Source: the human T2T-CHM13v2.0 reference genome, Homo sapiens. Taken from it: a stretch of 64,000 bases of DNA. The stretch lies in NCBI RefSeq assembly GCF_009914755.1, contig NC_060943.1; one strand, given 5' to 3'. Positions 1-18,070 of this stretch are shown here, piece after piece; position 1 is the stretch's first letter; every line of letters begins with the position of its first letter. The translations under genes and the position numbers were made by a program. The notes below the pieces were generated by a model. It made no database searches. It worked only from the letters and a program-made list of their open reading frames with translations, and was not told where the DNA came from.

Positions 1-540
1 TACTTCTTGACCCATCAATCCCATTACTGGGTGTACACCCAGAGGAATATAAATCATTCTATCGTAAAGACACATGCACATGTATGTTCATTGCAGCACT
101 ATTCATGGTGGCAAAGACATGGAATCAACCTAAATGCCCATCAACAGTAGACAGGATAAAGAAAACGTGGTACATATATGCCATGGAATACTATGCAGTC
201 ATAAAAAGAGACAAAATCATGTCCTTTGCAGGAATATGGATGGAGCTGGAGGCCATTAACCTTAGCAAAGTAACACAGGAACAGAAACCAAATACCACAT
301 GTTCTCAATTATAAGTGGGAGCTAAGTGATGAGAACACATGGACACATAGAGGGGGAACAACACACACTGGGGCCTATGGTGGAGGATGGGAGGAGAAAG
401 AAGATCAGGAAAAAATAGATAATGGGTACTAGGCTTAATACTTGGGTGATGAAATAATCTGCACAACAAACTCCTGGGACATGCATTTACCTATATCACA
501 AACTGTACATGTACCCCAAACTTAAAAGTTAATGAAAAAG
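1..540 (+). mobile_element. L1 3' end (ORF2 C-terminus and 3'UTR; older L1PA/L1PB-type)
   Basis: ORF 84-314 reads MFIAALF..WNQPKCPS..WYIY.MEYY..IK..IMSFAG.WMELEAI, typical of the L1 ORF2 end; followed by L1 3'UTR and an A-rich tail. Confidence 0.9.
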
Positions 541-737
541 AGAAAGAAATGTTGCCCTCTAAGGTGATGGTGTTAGGAGGCGCCTTCCAGGACCGTCTAC
601 TCTAAGAGGATCTCCTGGGTTATTTGCTGTGTCTGCTTCTGTGGTCTGGCCTTCACAACACTTAGTACAGTTCCTACTTATTTTATTTACTGGCCTATTT
701 CCTGTTTTTTGTTTCTCTCTATGACATAATATGAAAT

Positions 738-1127
<390 letters not shown>

Positions 1128-1663
1128 CTACTAGGGGCTCCCGGACAGCCTCAGGTTGGGGGTGGTTGCCGGGGAAATCAACCATGTGATTAGAGGGTTG
1201 GAGCTTTCAGGTCCCTCCTCGCCACGTTGAGGAGAAAAGGAGAGGGGCTGAAGGTTGTTGATCACCAATGGCCAGGGATGTAATCAATCATGCCTACATA
1301 ATGAAGCCTCCATAAAACCCCAAAAAGGACAGGGTTTGGAGAGCTTCCAGGCTGCTGAACACGCAGAAGTGCTGGTGGGGTGGTTCGCCCAGAGAGGACA
1401 TGGAAACGTCTCACCCCGTACCTTCGTAACTACAGCCTCATCCTCCTGATGCGATTTCACTGTTATGCTTATAGGACTTAACACGTTAATCACAGCCCTT
1501 TACTCTCTGTACACACTAATCACCACACAGCAAGGAATATTTACATACCACATCAACAATATTAAATCCTCATTCATGCAAGAAAATACCCCAATACCGA
1601 TACACCTAACACCCCTTCTCCTATTATCCTTAAACCCCAAAATGATTTTGAGTTTTACATGCT

Positions 1664-1732
1664 GTTGTTATAGTTTAACCAAAACATTAGATTGTGGATC
1701 TAATAACAGAAGTCTACAATTTCTTATCTACC
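1664..1732 (+). pseudogene. mitochondrial tRNA-His pseudogene (in NUMT)
   Basis: TATAGTTTAACCAAAACATTAGATTGTGGATCT matches mt tRNA-His, GTG anticodon. Confidence 0.85.
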
Positions 1733-1791
1733 GAGAAAGTATGCAAGAACTGGTAACTCATGCCCCAATATATAACAATATGGCATTCTCA
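1733..1791 (+). pseudogene. mitochondrial tRNA-Ser(AGY) pseudogene (in NUMT)
   Basis: GAGAAAG..CAAGAACTG.TAACTCATGCCCC..ATGGC.TTCTCA; anticodon mutated (GGT for GCT). Confidence 0.85.
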
Positions 1792-1862
1792 ACTTTTAAA
1801 GGATTAGAGTTAACCATTGGTCTAAGGAACCAAAAACACTGGTGCAACTCCAAATAAAAGTA
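1792..1862 (+). pseudogene. mitochondrial tRNA-Leu(CUN) pseudogene (in NUMT)
   Basis: ACTTTTAAAGGAT..CCATTGGTCT..GGTGCAACTCCAAATAAAAGTA. Confidence 0.85.
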
Positions 1863-2293
1863 ATAAGTACATTTTCCTCCCATACTGTAACACCCCTAAT
1901 ATCACTAATTTTACCAACTGCTGCTACCTTAACTGACATCTACTATAGTGATTTGTACCCCAATTACGTAAAATCATCCATTGCATGCACCTTTGCCATT
2001 AGCCTCATCCCAACAACAATATTCATATACACGAGCCAGGAATCTGTCATCTCTTTATAATAAATGGATCATCTAAGTAACGTGGTTTCCTGAGTTCTGT
2101 GAGCCGCTGTAGCAAATGATCACACCCAAGCAGGGCATCGTGGGAACCCTGACTTATAGGCCATAGGTCAAAAGTACAGGTCCCAACTGGGGACTTGCAA
2201 TTGGCATCTGAAATGAGGGCAGACTTGGGCTGAGCTCTGGCCTGGGCCTGTGGGATCTGACTCTAACTCCAGGTAGTGTCAGAACTGAATTTA

Positions 2294-3310
<1,017 letters not shown>

Positions 3311-4463
3311 CATGACCCCTGTCTCTCCTGGCTCTCTCCCTCAGCTTCGCTGGCCTTTTTTTTTTCTTCACTTCCTTAAATGCCCTAAGTGCTTTCTTAC
3401 TTCCAGGACTTTGCTCCTGCTGTTCGTTTTGTGTTGTGGTGCTTTTTTTCCAGGAGCACTTCTTCCCAACACCTAAAGCACTCAGCTTCCTCATCCTCCT
3501 TCAGTCCTTACACCATCAGAGAAGACTTCCCTGACCGCCATAGTTGGGCCTGTGTCCCCTGATACTATCTTTCTCAGATACTGATTTGTTTCCATTGTAA
3601 CACTTAGTGTAATTTGTAACTTTTTTTAATTGATTATTTGCTTTTCTGTATTATTTCCAACACGCAGAAAAAAATATATAGGGAATAATATAGTAAACAC
3701 GACACCCAGATTTATCAAATCTTTACATTTTGCCATATTTATTTCAGAGCATTTTTTTTAAATTAGGCACAAATGTAGGTGAAGGTCCTTGTGCTCTCTT
3801 TGAAATACCACCCACGTTCCTCCAACACCGACATTTGGAATTGATCATTCTCATGTCTGTTCTTCCTACATTGCTGCTGAAAGTAAGAAAGGGTGTTGTA
3901 ACATGTTCCAAACCTGTGTGAGTGGCATTGTTCTGCAAGGAGGTTGTAATGTTCTACCCTTTTATTTTTAGCATTTTGTTAAGTTGTGTGGCTCCGTTCA
4001 CAGCAGGTGCACCACCATATTCCAATTTAGGAATTCACCCTGTTTTACACATCCATCTCCTCCTAAGCACATTTAGGTTGGTTCTTGGTTTTACTACTGC
4101 AAATGAAGCCACACACCCCCACAGCCTTGCACAGTCCCTGGCATGCAGTCAGCACTCAAATAAGATTTGTCACATACATGAATATCGTGATGAACATTCT
4201 ACTCTGTATCTCTTTGCCCAGATGTGGGGAATTTCTCTAGAAAACATTTCTCAGCACAGAACTGCTGAGGGGTTGAGGATGTGCTTCTCCACCTGCCTAG
4301 ATATTGTCAAATTACATTCTCAAGTGGAAGTTTCTTTATGTCTTTCTCCCATCAAAATGAAATTTCCAGAATTCAGAAAACTCGTCTTTCTCCCCGCCCC
4401 CCGCCATATTTCTGGGTCTCACAGTGTTCTTGATGTGTAGAGTTGCTCAATAAGATTTCTAGT

Positions 4464-4675
4464 CCTGTGTTGTCCAATACGGTGTCCACCAGCCATATGG
4501 AGCTACTAAACCCTTGAAATGGGGCCAGTGCCATATGTTGAAATAATATTTTGCATATATTGGGTTAAACAAAATATATCATTAAAATTATTTTCCCCCT
4601 TTTTTACATTTTTAAATATGACTACTAGAAAATTTAACATACGTAGCTTGCATTACATTTCTCTTGGACATCTCT
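4464..4675. mobile_element. MER3/MER33-type hAT (Charlie) MITE
   Basis: TGTCCAATA..GCCA..TGAAAT..ATATTGGGTTAAA..CTAGAAAATTT..ATTTCT.TTGGACA ends. Confidence 0.7.
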
Positions 4676-4744
4676 AGAGTATGTATAAATGAATGGATGA
4701 GTGTATTATTTTGACTCAACTTTGGGATTAGAATATGTTTTTGA

Positions 4745-4960
4745 GGTCTTTAACCATGGAAAATTTTGTCTCCCCCGGGGACATTGGGCCATGTCTGGAG
4801 AAATTTGTGATTGTCACAGCTGGGAAGAGGAGGGCTGTCAGCATCTAGGGAGTAGAGACCAGAGATGCTGCAGAACATTCTACAATGCACAGAGTGGCCC
4901 CCCCCAGCAAAGCGTGATCAGACCCTCCGTGTCCACAGTGCGCAGGCTGAGGCACTCTGG
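4745..4960. mobile_element. MER20
   Basis: GGGACATT.GGC.ATGTCTGGAGA..TTGTCACA..GTAGAG.CCAG.GATGCTGC.AACAT.CTACAATGCACAG. Confidence 0.8.
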
Positions 4961-5391
4961 TCTATATCAAGGCTTATATTCTTATTCTTATCCCATTAAA
5001 TATATCATGATTTTAAATGTTCTTCGAAAACCAAATTTGTTTGTAAAGGAAGACACTTACTTTTGTTTGACAGTAAAATGCTATCCCATCTTTGCCATTA
5101 ATGTTCTTGTGTAGGCATTGTATATAATTTTTTTCACATTTTCTTAATTCACATCGCAATGGTACTCTACAGACACGTGTGATTTTTTATGTATTTATGT
5201 AGACCAGAAGTGGGCTTGTATGTGTTTAATTCTGCTGTGTATTTAGCTCTGAAGCCTTCCTAGTTCTCTAGAAAAGCTGCGTCAACACATACCTGCTGTT
5301 AACTCAGGGAAGTGTCTGTATCTTCACCCTTTCAACCACCCTAGATATTTCATCACCAGATTTTTCATCTTTCTGAGTCTTGTGGAAATAG

Positions 5392-5835
<444 letters not shown>

Positions 5836-6239
5836 TAGTTTCTTTTATTTTCGTGTGTGTGGGCGGGGGGGGGGGCTGTGTATATACACACTCTTTGTCT
5901 GCATTTCTATTCTGAAGTTCTTTTTATTTTCCTTTATGACCTACTGACACTCTGTGTAGTGCCTGACTTTCTTTGAGTATATATTTTGTATTTTTACTCG
6001 GCTGTCCATCAAGTCTTATTCATGATGGGGTTTCCCTGTAACCTAACTTTTTAGTATTTATGGAGATGGATTTATCAGTATTTTCTTTTATATCCACTGG
6101 CTTGTTTGTTCATTTTAATGGAAAGTTTCCCACCGTATGATTATAGAAATATCCACCTATATTGTCTTATGGTGAGGTGAGCAAAGAAGTTCTCTACATG
6201 CTCTGAATATTCCTTCTGTCCTCAACTCAAATGCATCCT

Positions 6240-6610
6240 CAGAGTCCTTCAGCAACCAATTTCAGCTGCTAAAAGCAAGATATGGACCAAAACCGAACAT
6301 GATAGAGGGTTCTACTGGAGCTGATTATTTCTGAGAAAGAGCAAATGATCTCTGAAAACTAGCTGTTAGGATGTTCAGCTTGGTCCAGTTGCCAAACAAA
6401 ACCCCAGGGCAACTACTCACCACGGAATTTTCCCCCAATTAATAACCTACGAATGCCCGGCTTGAGTCCAAGCTCCATATGCACTGACACCCAACTCAGG
6501 AAGGCAACGGTTTTCCCAGAAACAGCACAACATAGCCAGTAGTTGGGAGACAACCATTTCTAAACCATAGAAAAGACTTCATACTAGCTATCTGTTTATA
6601 GATTGTGTTC
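6240..6610 (+). repeat. Y module copy Y0 of the local ancient duplication family
   Basis: CTCACCACGGAATTTTCCCC..AATGCCCGGCTTGAGTCCAAGC..CAACTCAGGAAGG..TTTTCCCAGAAACAGCACA..TTCTAAACCATAGAAA aligns with 24395-24830 and 30305-30636. Confidence 0.8.
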
Positions 6611-7294
6611 CTGGGTCATGTCCATAACTGGATTTTCTCTGGTGTTCTGGGAGCAAAAATCTTCTGTCTTCTTTTTGAGGTGAGTAGAGTCTTCCAAATG
6701 TCCTTCATGGCCCCAGCCCACCGTTTTCTTTATGTAGGAAGGTTTTAGATGTTGGCACATATTGACACCTACTTGCAGACAGGTTTGTTGAATTACATTA
6801 TATAAACGTTGAAATAATAACTCAAGCAGTGAGTACATTTTCACTCTTACTCCCCTGCACCTAGCTTTATAAATCGCTAAATACATGCATTCAGAGAATC
6901 TGTGTGCTTTTCTCAACAGCTATGTTGTGTAATGGTGAACATCATTATGCAAACACAGCTGCAAGGCAAGTTCCCTAGCTCCCAGCCTCAGATCAGACCT
7001 TCATTCCCAGGTCCCTTCTACGTGGAAGTTCTGGAGTCCACCTGCTCACAGATGCTCACAAAGCACTGGCGGGACATCTAAAGAGTAATAGGAACCCACA
7101 CCGATGTTCTAAGCAAGGATGGGACGTGGCCAGATTTTCCTTTGATAAATCTACTCAGACTCACACGAGAAAAATTAACTGAAGACCAGGAATGATGAAG
7201 GAGGAGCCCAGTGTAGAAATAGATGGTCGCAGGACACAGGAGAGAGACGATGGAGACAGGGATGAGGTGGGACAGTCAGGGAGAGGGAGAGATG

Positions 7295-7465
7295 CATCCA
7301 CGAATAAAGTTTTATTGGAATACAGCCCCATTCACTCATTCTATATTGTATATGGCTGCCTTCACACTACAAGGGCGGCAATGAGTAGCTGAGTCAGGTG
7401 CCGTATGGCCCACAAAGACTAAGACATTTACTACGTGCCTCTTTACAGGAAACTTTGTTTACACC
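7295..7465. mobile_element. MER58-type hAT fragment
   Basis: AATAAAGTTTTATTGGAA.ACAGCC..TATGGCTGC..TATGGCCCACAAAG.CTAA.ACATTTACT..CTTTACAG. Confidence 0.7.
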
Positions 7466-7854
7466 CAGCAAAATTGTTCCACATAATGATTCAGAAAAGC
7501 CTAATGATTCAGAAACTTTTGTTGACCCAGCTTCGAGGAAAATTCCACAGAGCTCACTTCCTGCATAGCTGGCACTCTCTTGGGTCATCATCACTGGTAG
7601 GCTTCTGTGAGAACAGCGGAATTTATCCTAAGGGCAATAGGAATGGCTGAAAGAGTCAGCAGGGGATGGCTTGACTCCTTGACCTGTATGTTCCTTCAAG
7701 GAGAAAGAGTAGTTAGAGTTGTTTTTGCAGTAACTTGAACAAGAGATCAGAAGGGCAGGCTGATGAAAAACCGATTTCTAAGGCAGAATGGACAAGTCTT
7801 CGAAAATTGATTGGCTACAGGGCTGCGGAGGGAGAATCTAGCACGGGTTTCATG

Positions 7855-8157
7855 GTTTTGTTTTTGTTTTTTTACAAGACAGAGTCTACGCTCTGTCATC
7901 CAGGCTGGAGTGCAGTGGCACAATCTTGGCCCACTGCAACCTCTGCCTCCTGGGTCCAAGTGATTCTCCTGTCTCAGCCGCCTGAGTAGCTGGGATTACA
8001 GGCGCACGCCACCACATCTGGCTAATTTTTGTATTTTTAGTAGAGGGGGTTTCACCATGTTGGCCAGGCTGGTCTCGAACTCCTGACCTCAGGCGATCAA
8101 CCTGCCTCAGGCCTCCCAACGTGCTGGGATTACAGGTGTGAGTCACTGCACCCGGCC
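7855..8157 (-). mobile_element. Alu
   Basis: antisense Alu dimer. Confidence 0.95.
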
Positions 8158-8468
8158 AGGTTTCATGTTTTTGCAAAAGCAGATGAGAAACAGCTCTCAG
8201 GCATGGATAGTACTCCTATCTCTGGGAAAAGAGACCCTGTGGATGTGGATGGACAAAGATTTTCTAGAAAGAGGATGAGTGAAGGGTGCTGACCTCCAAT
8301 GGAGGAAAAACACAATTCCAAAAGGAAAGAAAGGCTGACCAGGCCTAAGCAGGGCGTCTCTCCTTTCCTTTCCCCCAGGATTCCTTTAATGGGAAGGGCA
8401 GAGTCCCCAGGAAGCAACTCTTGGGGAGGAAGAAGAACGAAGCTCCCAGGCAGCTTTCTAACCACTCA

Positions 8469-9837
<1,369 letters not shown>

Positions 9838-10089
9838 CACAATTTTTTTAAAATGTAAAACAACAACAATAACAACTAAAAAAACCTGCATCCATGAGAT
9901 GAACCTGAAAAGAAAATATCTGTTGCAACACACAAAGCCAGTCAACACTCTTAGATATGGTGGAGGCAGCTTTTTCTCTGCTGAAATTAAGGGAATGAGT
10001 GTCCTAGAGAATTCTCAAAGATGTGTCAATGTTTCTAACAGGAGTTGCAGCTTTTTGCCTCAAAGTTAAGGACAGCTGCACCGTCAAAC

Positions 10090-11550
<1,461 letters not shown>

Positions 11551-12419
11551 ATATTTTTGAAAAAAAAAAAAAAAAGAAAGAAGAAAAAAGACCCAGAAAA
11601 CAAAAAATCTGAAATTAGATCATACACAAATGCTTTTTGAAATTGCCATGACATTGTATTTGGTGGTGCTGAAAAATTGTGTGATCAGAGTACTCTTTTG
11701 CTATCATGATTGATGAATTGATGGGTTGAATGAATGTGTACAGGAATTTAGTCACTGGAGCATCTGCTTCTTGTTCCACTCTTCAGCATCAGAGGGAAAT
11801 TCTTATGTGACATTTTGCCTGGAACCCCCAGACTCCCTCAGGACCGGGCACCTTGTGACATCTTCATCAACAGGTGTCCTCACTCTTTGTAGAACTCCAC
11901 CAAGTTGGTCTCAAGTGAAACAGGGATGCAGCTAAATTCGAGGTTACAGTTTTCCTGGGATGTTATCATCACAAACACCATGCTAGTGAGTTCATTCCTA
12001 ACAGAGGAGAACTTGCATCTTGACTAAGCATTAGTGATCATCAAATCCTCTGCTTATGATTTTTAAACTTCTGATCTTCAGAATATTTTTCCATGAGCTA
12101 GCTCTGGCTTTGTGCATCTCAAACCTTGTTTCTCTCCCATGGCTGTCATACTTCTGGTGCCCTGAGATGCAGAATTTATTTCTACTTGATACACACATTT
12201 GGGTATTGATGTAGGGTTAGTACAGCAGGTAGGTTGAGAATTTCTGGAGCCTCCCTCCCTCCCTTTGTTCTGACCTTTCCTTAGTCATATCATCCTAGAA
12301 AGATCTTCCCTGGCTTCGTCTAAAACATGGCCTCTCATTTCATTCTCTCCCTGACAACCCTGATGTAGTTTTCATTTCAGGACTCATCACCCCAACATCC
12401 TTTCCTGTTTACAGCCCAT

Positions 12420-12550
12420 CTCCCCTGCTAGAACACAAGCTCTGAGAGGTGGAAGGCCTCTATTGTGGGTTTTGGCGAATCCCCAATCTCTAGATGGTGT
12501 CTGGCATGTGATAGAGATTCAACAAACACTTCAACAAATAATGAATAAAG
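12420..12550. mobile_element. L2 3' end fragment
   Basis: CTAGAA..AAGCTC..GAG..TCTGGCA..TCAACAAA..ATGAATAAA. Confidence 0.55.
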
Positions 12551-12959
12551 TTAAATTTTTCAGAGTGCAATCATGCCTCTCCCTTCCTCTGCCAGGGCGG
12601 AGGCTGTGCCTGGTTTGCGCGGCTTCTGCAGCTCCAGCTCCTTGTACTGAGTCTGGAGAATGATGGAGCTCAGTCCATTTTAATCCCATGAACATTAAAT
12701 GCGTGGATGTGTGGATGCTGGGATGGATGGATGACGCTCCTAGCACGGCAGCTTGCAGGGGATTGGCGATTTCCAGTAAGGTGTGCTAAGACTCGAGGAA
12801 GCCCATTTTCTCTTCATTTGCAAGGACCCTGTCTGATAATGCAATTTTTCACACATCAATGCTGTGCATGAGGTGTTGATGGGGTGGCTGTCTGCTGGTT
12901 CCTTCCCCCAGCCCATCCCATCCTCCAAACAGACTATTTTGTTGTTAGCTGCTCTGCTC

Positions 12960-13085
12960 TGTTCATCCCTCAAGAGCTCTCACCCTCTGCCATTGCAGGG
13001 GCTGTCTCCATGGAAACTGTAGCCAGCGTTTCCATGGAGAAAGAGCCCGCAGAGTCTGGAATTTTCCAGGCTCTAAAGGTGACTG
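12960..13085 (+). promoter_or_regulatory. P module copy A with two RFX X-box-like palindromes
   Basis: TCCCTCAAGAG (12966); GTCTCCATGGAAAC (13004-13017); GTTTCCATGGAGAA (13028-13041); GGAATTTTCCAGGCTCT (13058-13074); donor-like AAG/GTGACT. Confidence 0.65.
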
Positions 13086-13107
13086 CAAAAACATCTCAGC
13101 ACATCTC

Positions 13108-13395
13108 CAGAACTGGGCTGCCCAACATGGCGGCCACTGGCCACAGGTGGCCTGACCACTTGAAATGTGGCCGGTCCCCGAAGAGACATGCTGTCGTGGC
13201 AAAGCACACAGTGGATTTTGAGGACTTGGTACAAAAAAATTTTTTTTAATTGAAATATCGCTAATAATTTTTGTATTGATTAGTTTTACCTATCTTTTTT
13301 TTTTTTAAACAGCCGTTGCTAGAAAACTTAGATTTACATACATGGTTCACATTTGTGGCTGAAATTTTATTTCTGTTGGGTGGCATTCTTCTAGA
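13108..13395. mobile_element. MER33-type hAT MITE
   Basis: GCTGCCCAA..GCCAC..CACTTGAAATGTGG..GGATTTTGAGGACTTGGTAC..CTAGAAAA..ATTTCTGTTGG. Confidence 0.7.
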
Positions 13396-13532
13396 GTATG
13401 AGTAACCGAATACATGAATGAATGATTGATTTTTGGTCAAACTGGGATTATTATCCATAAACCGTCACTTTCCTGCTTTTCTTCTTAGATGATTTGTTTT
13501 TTAAATAGTTCATTAAGTATCTTGGTTGAAAG

Positions 13533-13820
13533 ATTTTTTTTTTTTTGAGACGGAGTCTCACTCTGTCACCCAGGCTGGAGTGCAGTGGCGTGATCTCGGC
13601 TCACGGAAACCTCCACTTCCCAGGTTCAAGCGATTTTTTTGCATCAGCCTCCGAGTAGCTGGGATTGCAGGCATGTGCCACCACGCCCGGTTAATTTTTG
13701 TATTTTCAGGAGAGATGGGGTTTCACCATTTTGGCCAGGCTGGTCTTGAACTCCTGACCTCGTGTGATCCACTGGCCTCCTAAGGTGCTGGGGTTACAGG
13801 CGTGAGCCACACACCCAGCT
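13533..13820 (-). mobile_element. Alu
   Basis: antisense Alu dimer. Confidence 0.95.
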
Positions 13821-14401
13821 GAAAGGTTTATAGATATAATTTTTAGTATTGAATTAGGCTAGGAGTTAATTACAATTCTTTGAACAGCCATTGAAACACC
13901 ACTAATTTTTTTTTAAGGAACCATCTCCTCCTGAGTGTAAGACACTGCATCCTACTGCAGATGACGTCTTGTACGTAGATTCTACCCATCAGCTTCCAAC
14001 ATCTTGCTGTCCTTCACAATGTTGTCATGGCTCCCATGTAGATAGGCAAACCTTCCTGATTTTCATGCTGACCAGATGCCCAGAAACAGGATCGCGGAGG
14101 CAAAGGGTGTGTCTCCACACTCGGTGCTTTGATACCAATGACTCAAATACTTACCAGAAAGACTGTGCCTACCTACTTTCCCACTGGCTTCATCTGAAGG
14201 GGTCTGTCTTTATCACAGCGATGATTTTTTATTTTAGTTTTGACTTCCAGATTTTAAAAACATTATGGTGACATACACATAACACAATATTTACCACCTT
14301 AGCTACTTAAAAGTGTGCAGTTCAGTGGCCTCGAGCACATTGACATTGTTGTGCAATGGTGGTGTTATCACCGCCACCCATCTCCAGAACTCTTGCAAAA
14401 C

Positions 14402-14710
14402 GGACAGAAAGACAAACATGGCATGTTCTCACTTATTTGTGGGATCTAACAGTTGAACTCAAGGATGTAGAGAGTAGAAGGTTGGTTACCAAAGGCTGGG
14501 AAGAGTAGTAGGAGCTGGTGGGGAGGTGGAATGGTTAATGAGCACACACATAAGAAATGTTAGCAAGAATAAGACTTACTAAGACCTATTAGATAACACA
14601 ACAGGGTGACTATAGTCAATAGTAACTTAATTGTACATTTTAAAATAAAGACTGTAATTGGATTATTTGTAACTCAAAGGATAAATGCTTTAGGGGATGG
14701 ATAAAAAAAA
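14402..14710 (+). mobile_element. 5'-truncated L1MA-type 3' end with target-site duplication TCTTGCAAAAC
   Basis: ATGTTCTCACTTATTTGTGGGA..ACAACAGGGTGACTATAGTCAAT..GGATAAATGCTT; direct repeat at 14391 and 14711. Confidence 0.8.
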
Positions 14711-14924
14711 TCTTGCAAAACTGAAACTGTGTACCCATTAAACAACAACTCCCCATTTTCCCCACTCCAGCCCCTGGCAACCAACACTCTACTTTTTGAC
14801 TCTATGAATTTGACTACTTTTGGTAGTGGAATCATATAGTATTTCCTTTTGTGTCTGGCTTATTTCACTTAGAATAATGTCCTCAGGGTTCATCTATGTT
14901 GTAGCCTGTGTCAGAATTTCCTTT

Positions 14925-15460
<536 letters not shown>

Positions 15461-15477
15461 AATTTCTTTTCTTTTTA

Positions 15478-16027
<550 letters not shown>

Positions 16028-16319
16028 TTAGCACAATTGCTTGACCCGAGCAATTCCTTTGACTTTACACCGCAATGATTTCACCTGGTAGATTGTTAAA
16101 CCACATTTGTGACAGGAGTCTTCATGTTCCCACATTTTTAGTGTTTGGATGGTCAGATTGAACGCCCTTTTATTTTGTGACTGTTGATGTTTGGATTGTT
16201 TTGAATGAGTCATTTCCCATCACATGATTATAAACATATCCTCCCAAATCCTATTTTACTGAATATGATTTCTTCAGAAAAGAACCCTCTTCCTGCTGTG
16301 CACACCATGCCCATCCCTG

Positions 16320-16740
16320 CACCCAGAAACTCCAGTCCTCATGAAGGCCTCCAGATCCCATTGCTACAGGAGGGATTGGCACCAGATCTGAATTGCACCT
16401 AGGGGTCCCTCGGGAGAACATGTCTAATTGGAAACGTGTGGTTCTTGGAAAGGAGCCGACTGGATATTGCCTCCTGGCCTGGTCATCAGATTATATTTTA
16501 GTTCAAAGACTCACCGTGGTTGATATTAGCTCAGTGCTCGGCTGGAAACCAAACCCTACGTACATCTCCTCTCTAGCAGGGAGCGGTTGGATTTCTTGGA
16601 AACAACTTAATATTGGCCTCTGTGCTGAAGACATGCGTTTCCGAACCCTGAAAATATCAAATACCAGGCATCTCCTTTCCAGACGACATCCTTCCCTCAC
16701 CTTCGTTAGCTTTTCTCCTAGTTTTCCGGGGTGGAACCTC
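16320..16740 (+). repeat. Y module copy Y1
   Basis: CCAGTCCT..AGG.CT.CAG.TCCC..GAGG.ATT.G.ACCA.ATC; TTCAAAGACTCACCGTGG; GCTGGAA; TTTCCGAACCCTGAAAATATC align with Y2/Y3 and with the reverse complements of 43030-43280 and 50430-50780. Confidence 0.75.
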
Positions 16741-17624
16741 GGCCTCGTCCCTCTTTGATGGACTGGGTGCCTGTGTTGAGTCCTGGCCCAAAGCTGGTGT
16801 TTTTGTGTGCACGCTGCAGATTTTTAAACAGAATAGCCATCTGATTCTGGATATGCTTGGCTAACCCAAATTACACAATGGGTTGAAATCATGGATAGGT
16901 CAATGAGAATTTCAGGGTTTTTTTGTGTGTGTATACACGTTCCCACACTCACACTTTCGCACACACACATACATGTATTACCAAATATTCGAGGAAACTG
17001 TTTTCATTTTCCTAAAGGCATTATTTGAGTCAAAGCATTGTGTAAATGAATCTTACAGGCAGCCTCTCCCCAATCTGAATGCATCTCACCCCCAGCCCCT
17101 CCTGCCTTTGTAGAAATTCTGCACAGCAAACTGCTTGCGAATCATGATGGGGAAGGAAGTTTTACTTACAGAGCAAAGGGAATCCACGGAAGTGATTTAA
17201 GCACGGGAGAGATGCAGTCACACTTTCCTTTGAGGCCTGTTAATCTCTAGGGGAGGAAATAATTTGTATTTATGTACATATATGTATATGTGTATACATA
17301 CATGCACACACAACCAATAATTATTGGTCAAAGAGAAAGAACACTTCTAGGGTTCTGGACCTCAAAGATCCAAATGTCTCCCCATAGTCTAACAGCTCCG
17401 TGAAAAACATGGCTTAGAGCTTGCTGCGTGTCCAGGCTTTTTTTTTCCATGCTTATCTCCACATAAAGTTTTACATAAAATTGGGATACCTTATCTGCAG
17501 TTTTCCATCTTCCTTTTTATTTAATGCATGAACATTTCAACATCAGGAAGTGTACTTTAAAATATGGCTTTATTTTGAAGGAGAAAAAGAGCTTGCCTAT
17601 TTGTCTCTTTTTCCCCCGCTTTTA

Positions 17625-17762
17625 TATTTTATGTTATTTTTATTAGAGATGGGGGTCTTGCTATATTGACCAGGCTGGTCTTGAACTCCTGGCCTCAAGC
17701 GATCCTCCCATCTCAGCCTCCCAAAATGTTGGGATTACAGGCATGAGCCACTGCACCCAGTC
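17625..17762 (-). mobile_element. Alu left monomer/FLAM
   Basis: antisense monomer. Confidence 0.85.
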
Positions 17763-17854
17763 TTTATTTTGTTTTATTTTATTTTATTGTGGTAAGAACA
17801 TTTAGCATGAGATCCACCCTCTTAACAAATTTCCAAGTGTACAATACAGTACTG

Positions 17855-18070
17855 TTTTGTTTTTGAGATGAGGTCTTACTCTGTTGCCCAGGCTAGAGTG
17901 CAGTGGCATGAACATAGCTCACTGCAGCCTCAAGCAATCCTCCCACCTCAGCCTCTCTAGTCGTCTAGTAGCTGGGACTACAGGCACACACTATAGGCAC
18001 ATGCCAACATGCCCAGCTAACTGTTAAAATCATTTTTTAGAGATGGGTTTTGCCTTGTTGCCGAGGCTGG
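17855..18070 (-). mobile_element. AluJ-like, partial
   Basis: antisense Alu with deletions; flanked by ACAATACAGTACTG repeats. Confidence 0.85.

Larger units (their letters stand above)
1423..2053 (+). pseudogene. NUMT: ND4 3' end, tRNA-His, tRNA-Ser(AGY), tRNA-Leu(CUN), ND5 5' end
   Basis: Translation LIGLNTLITALYSLY..HINNIK.SF..EN is ND4-like; three tRNAs in mtDNA order; YP.YVKS.IA..F.ISLIPT is ND5-like. Confidence 0.95.

Noticed and set aside
1465-2060. ND4/ND5-like ORFs as functional genes
   Set aside because: Partial nuclear copy of mtDNA, truncated at both ends and inside an LTR.
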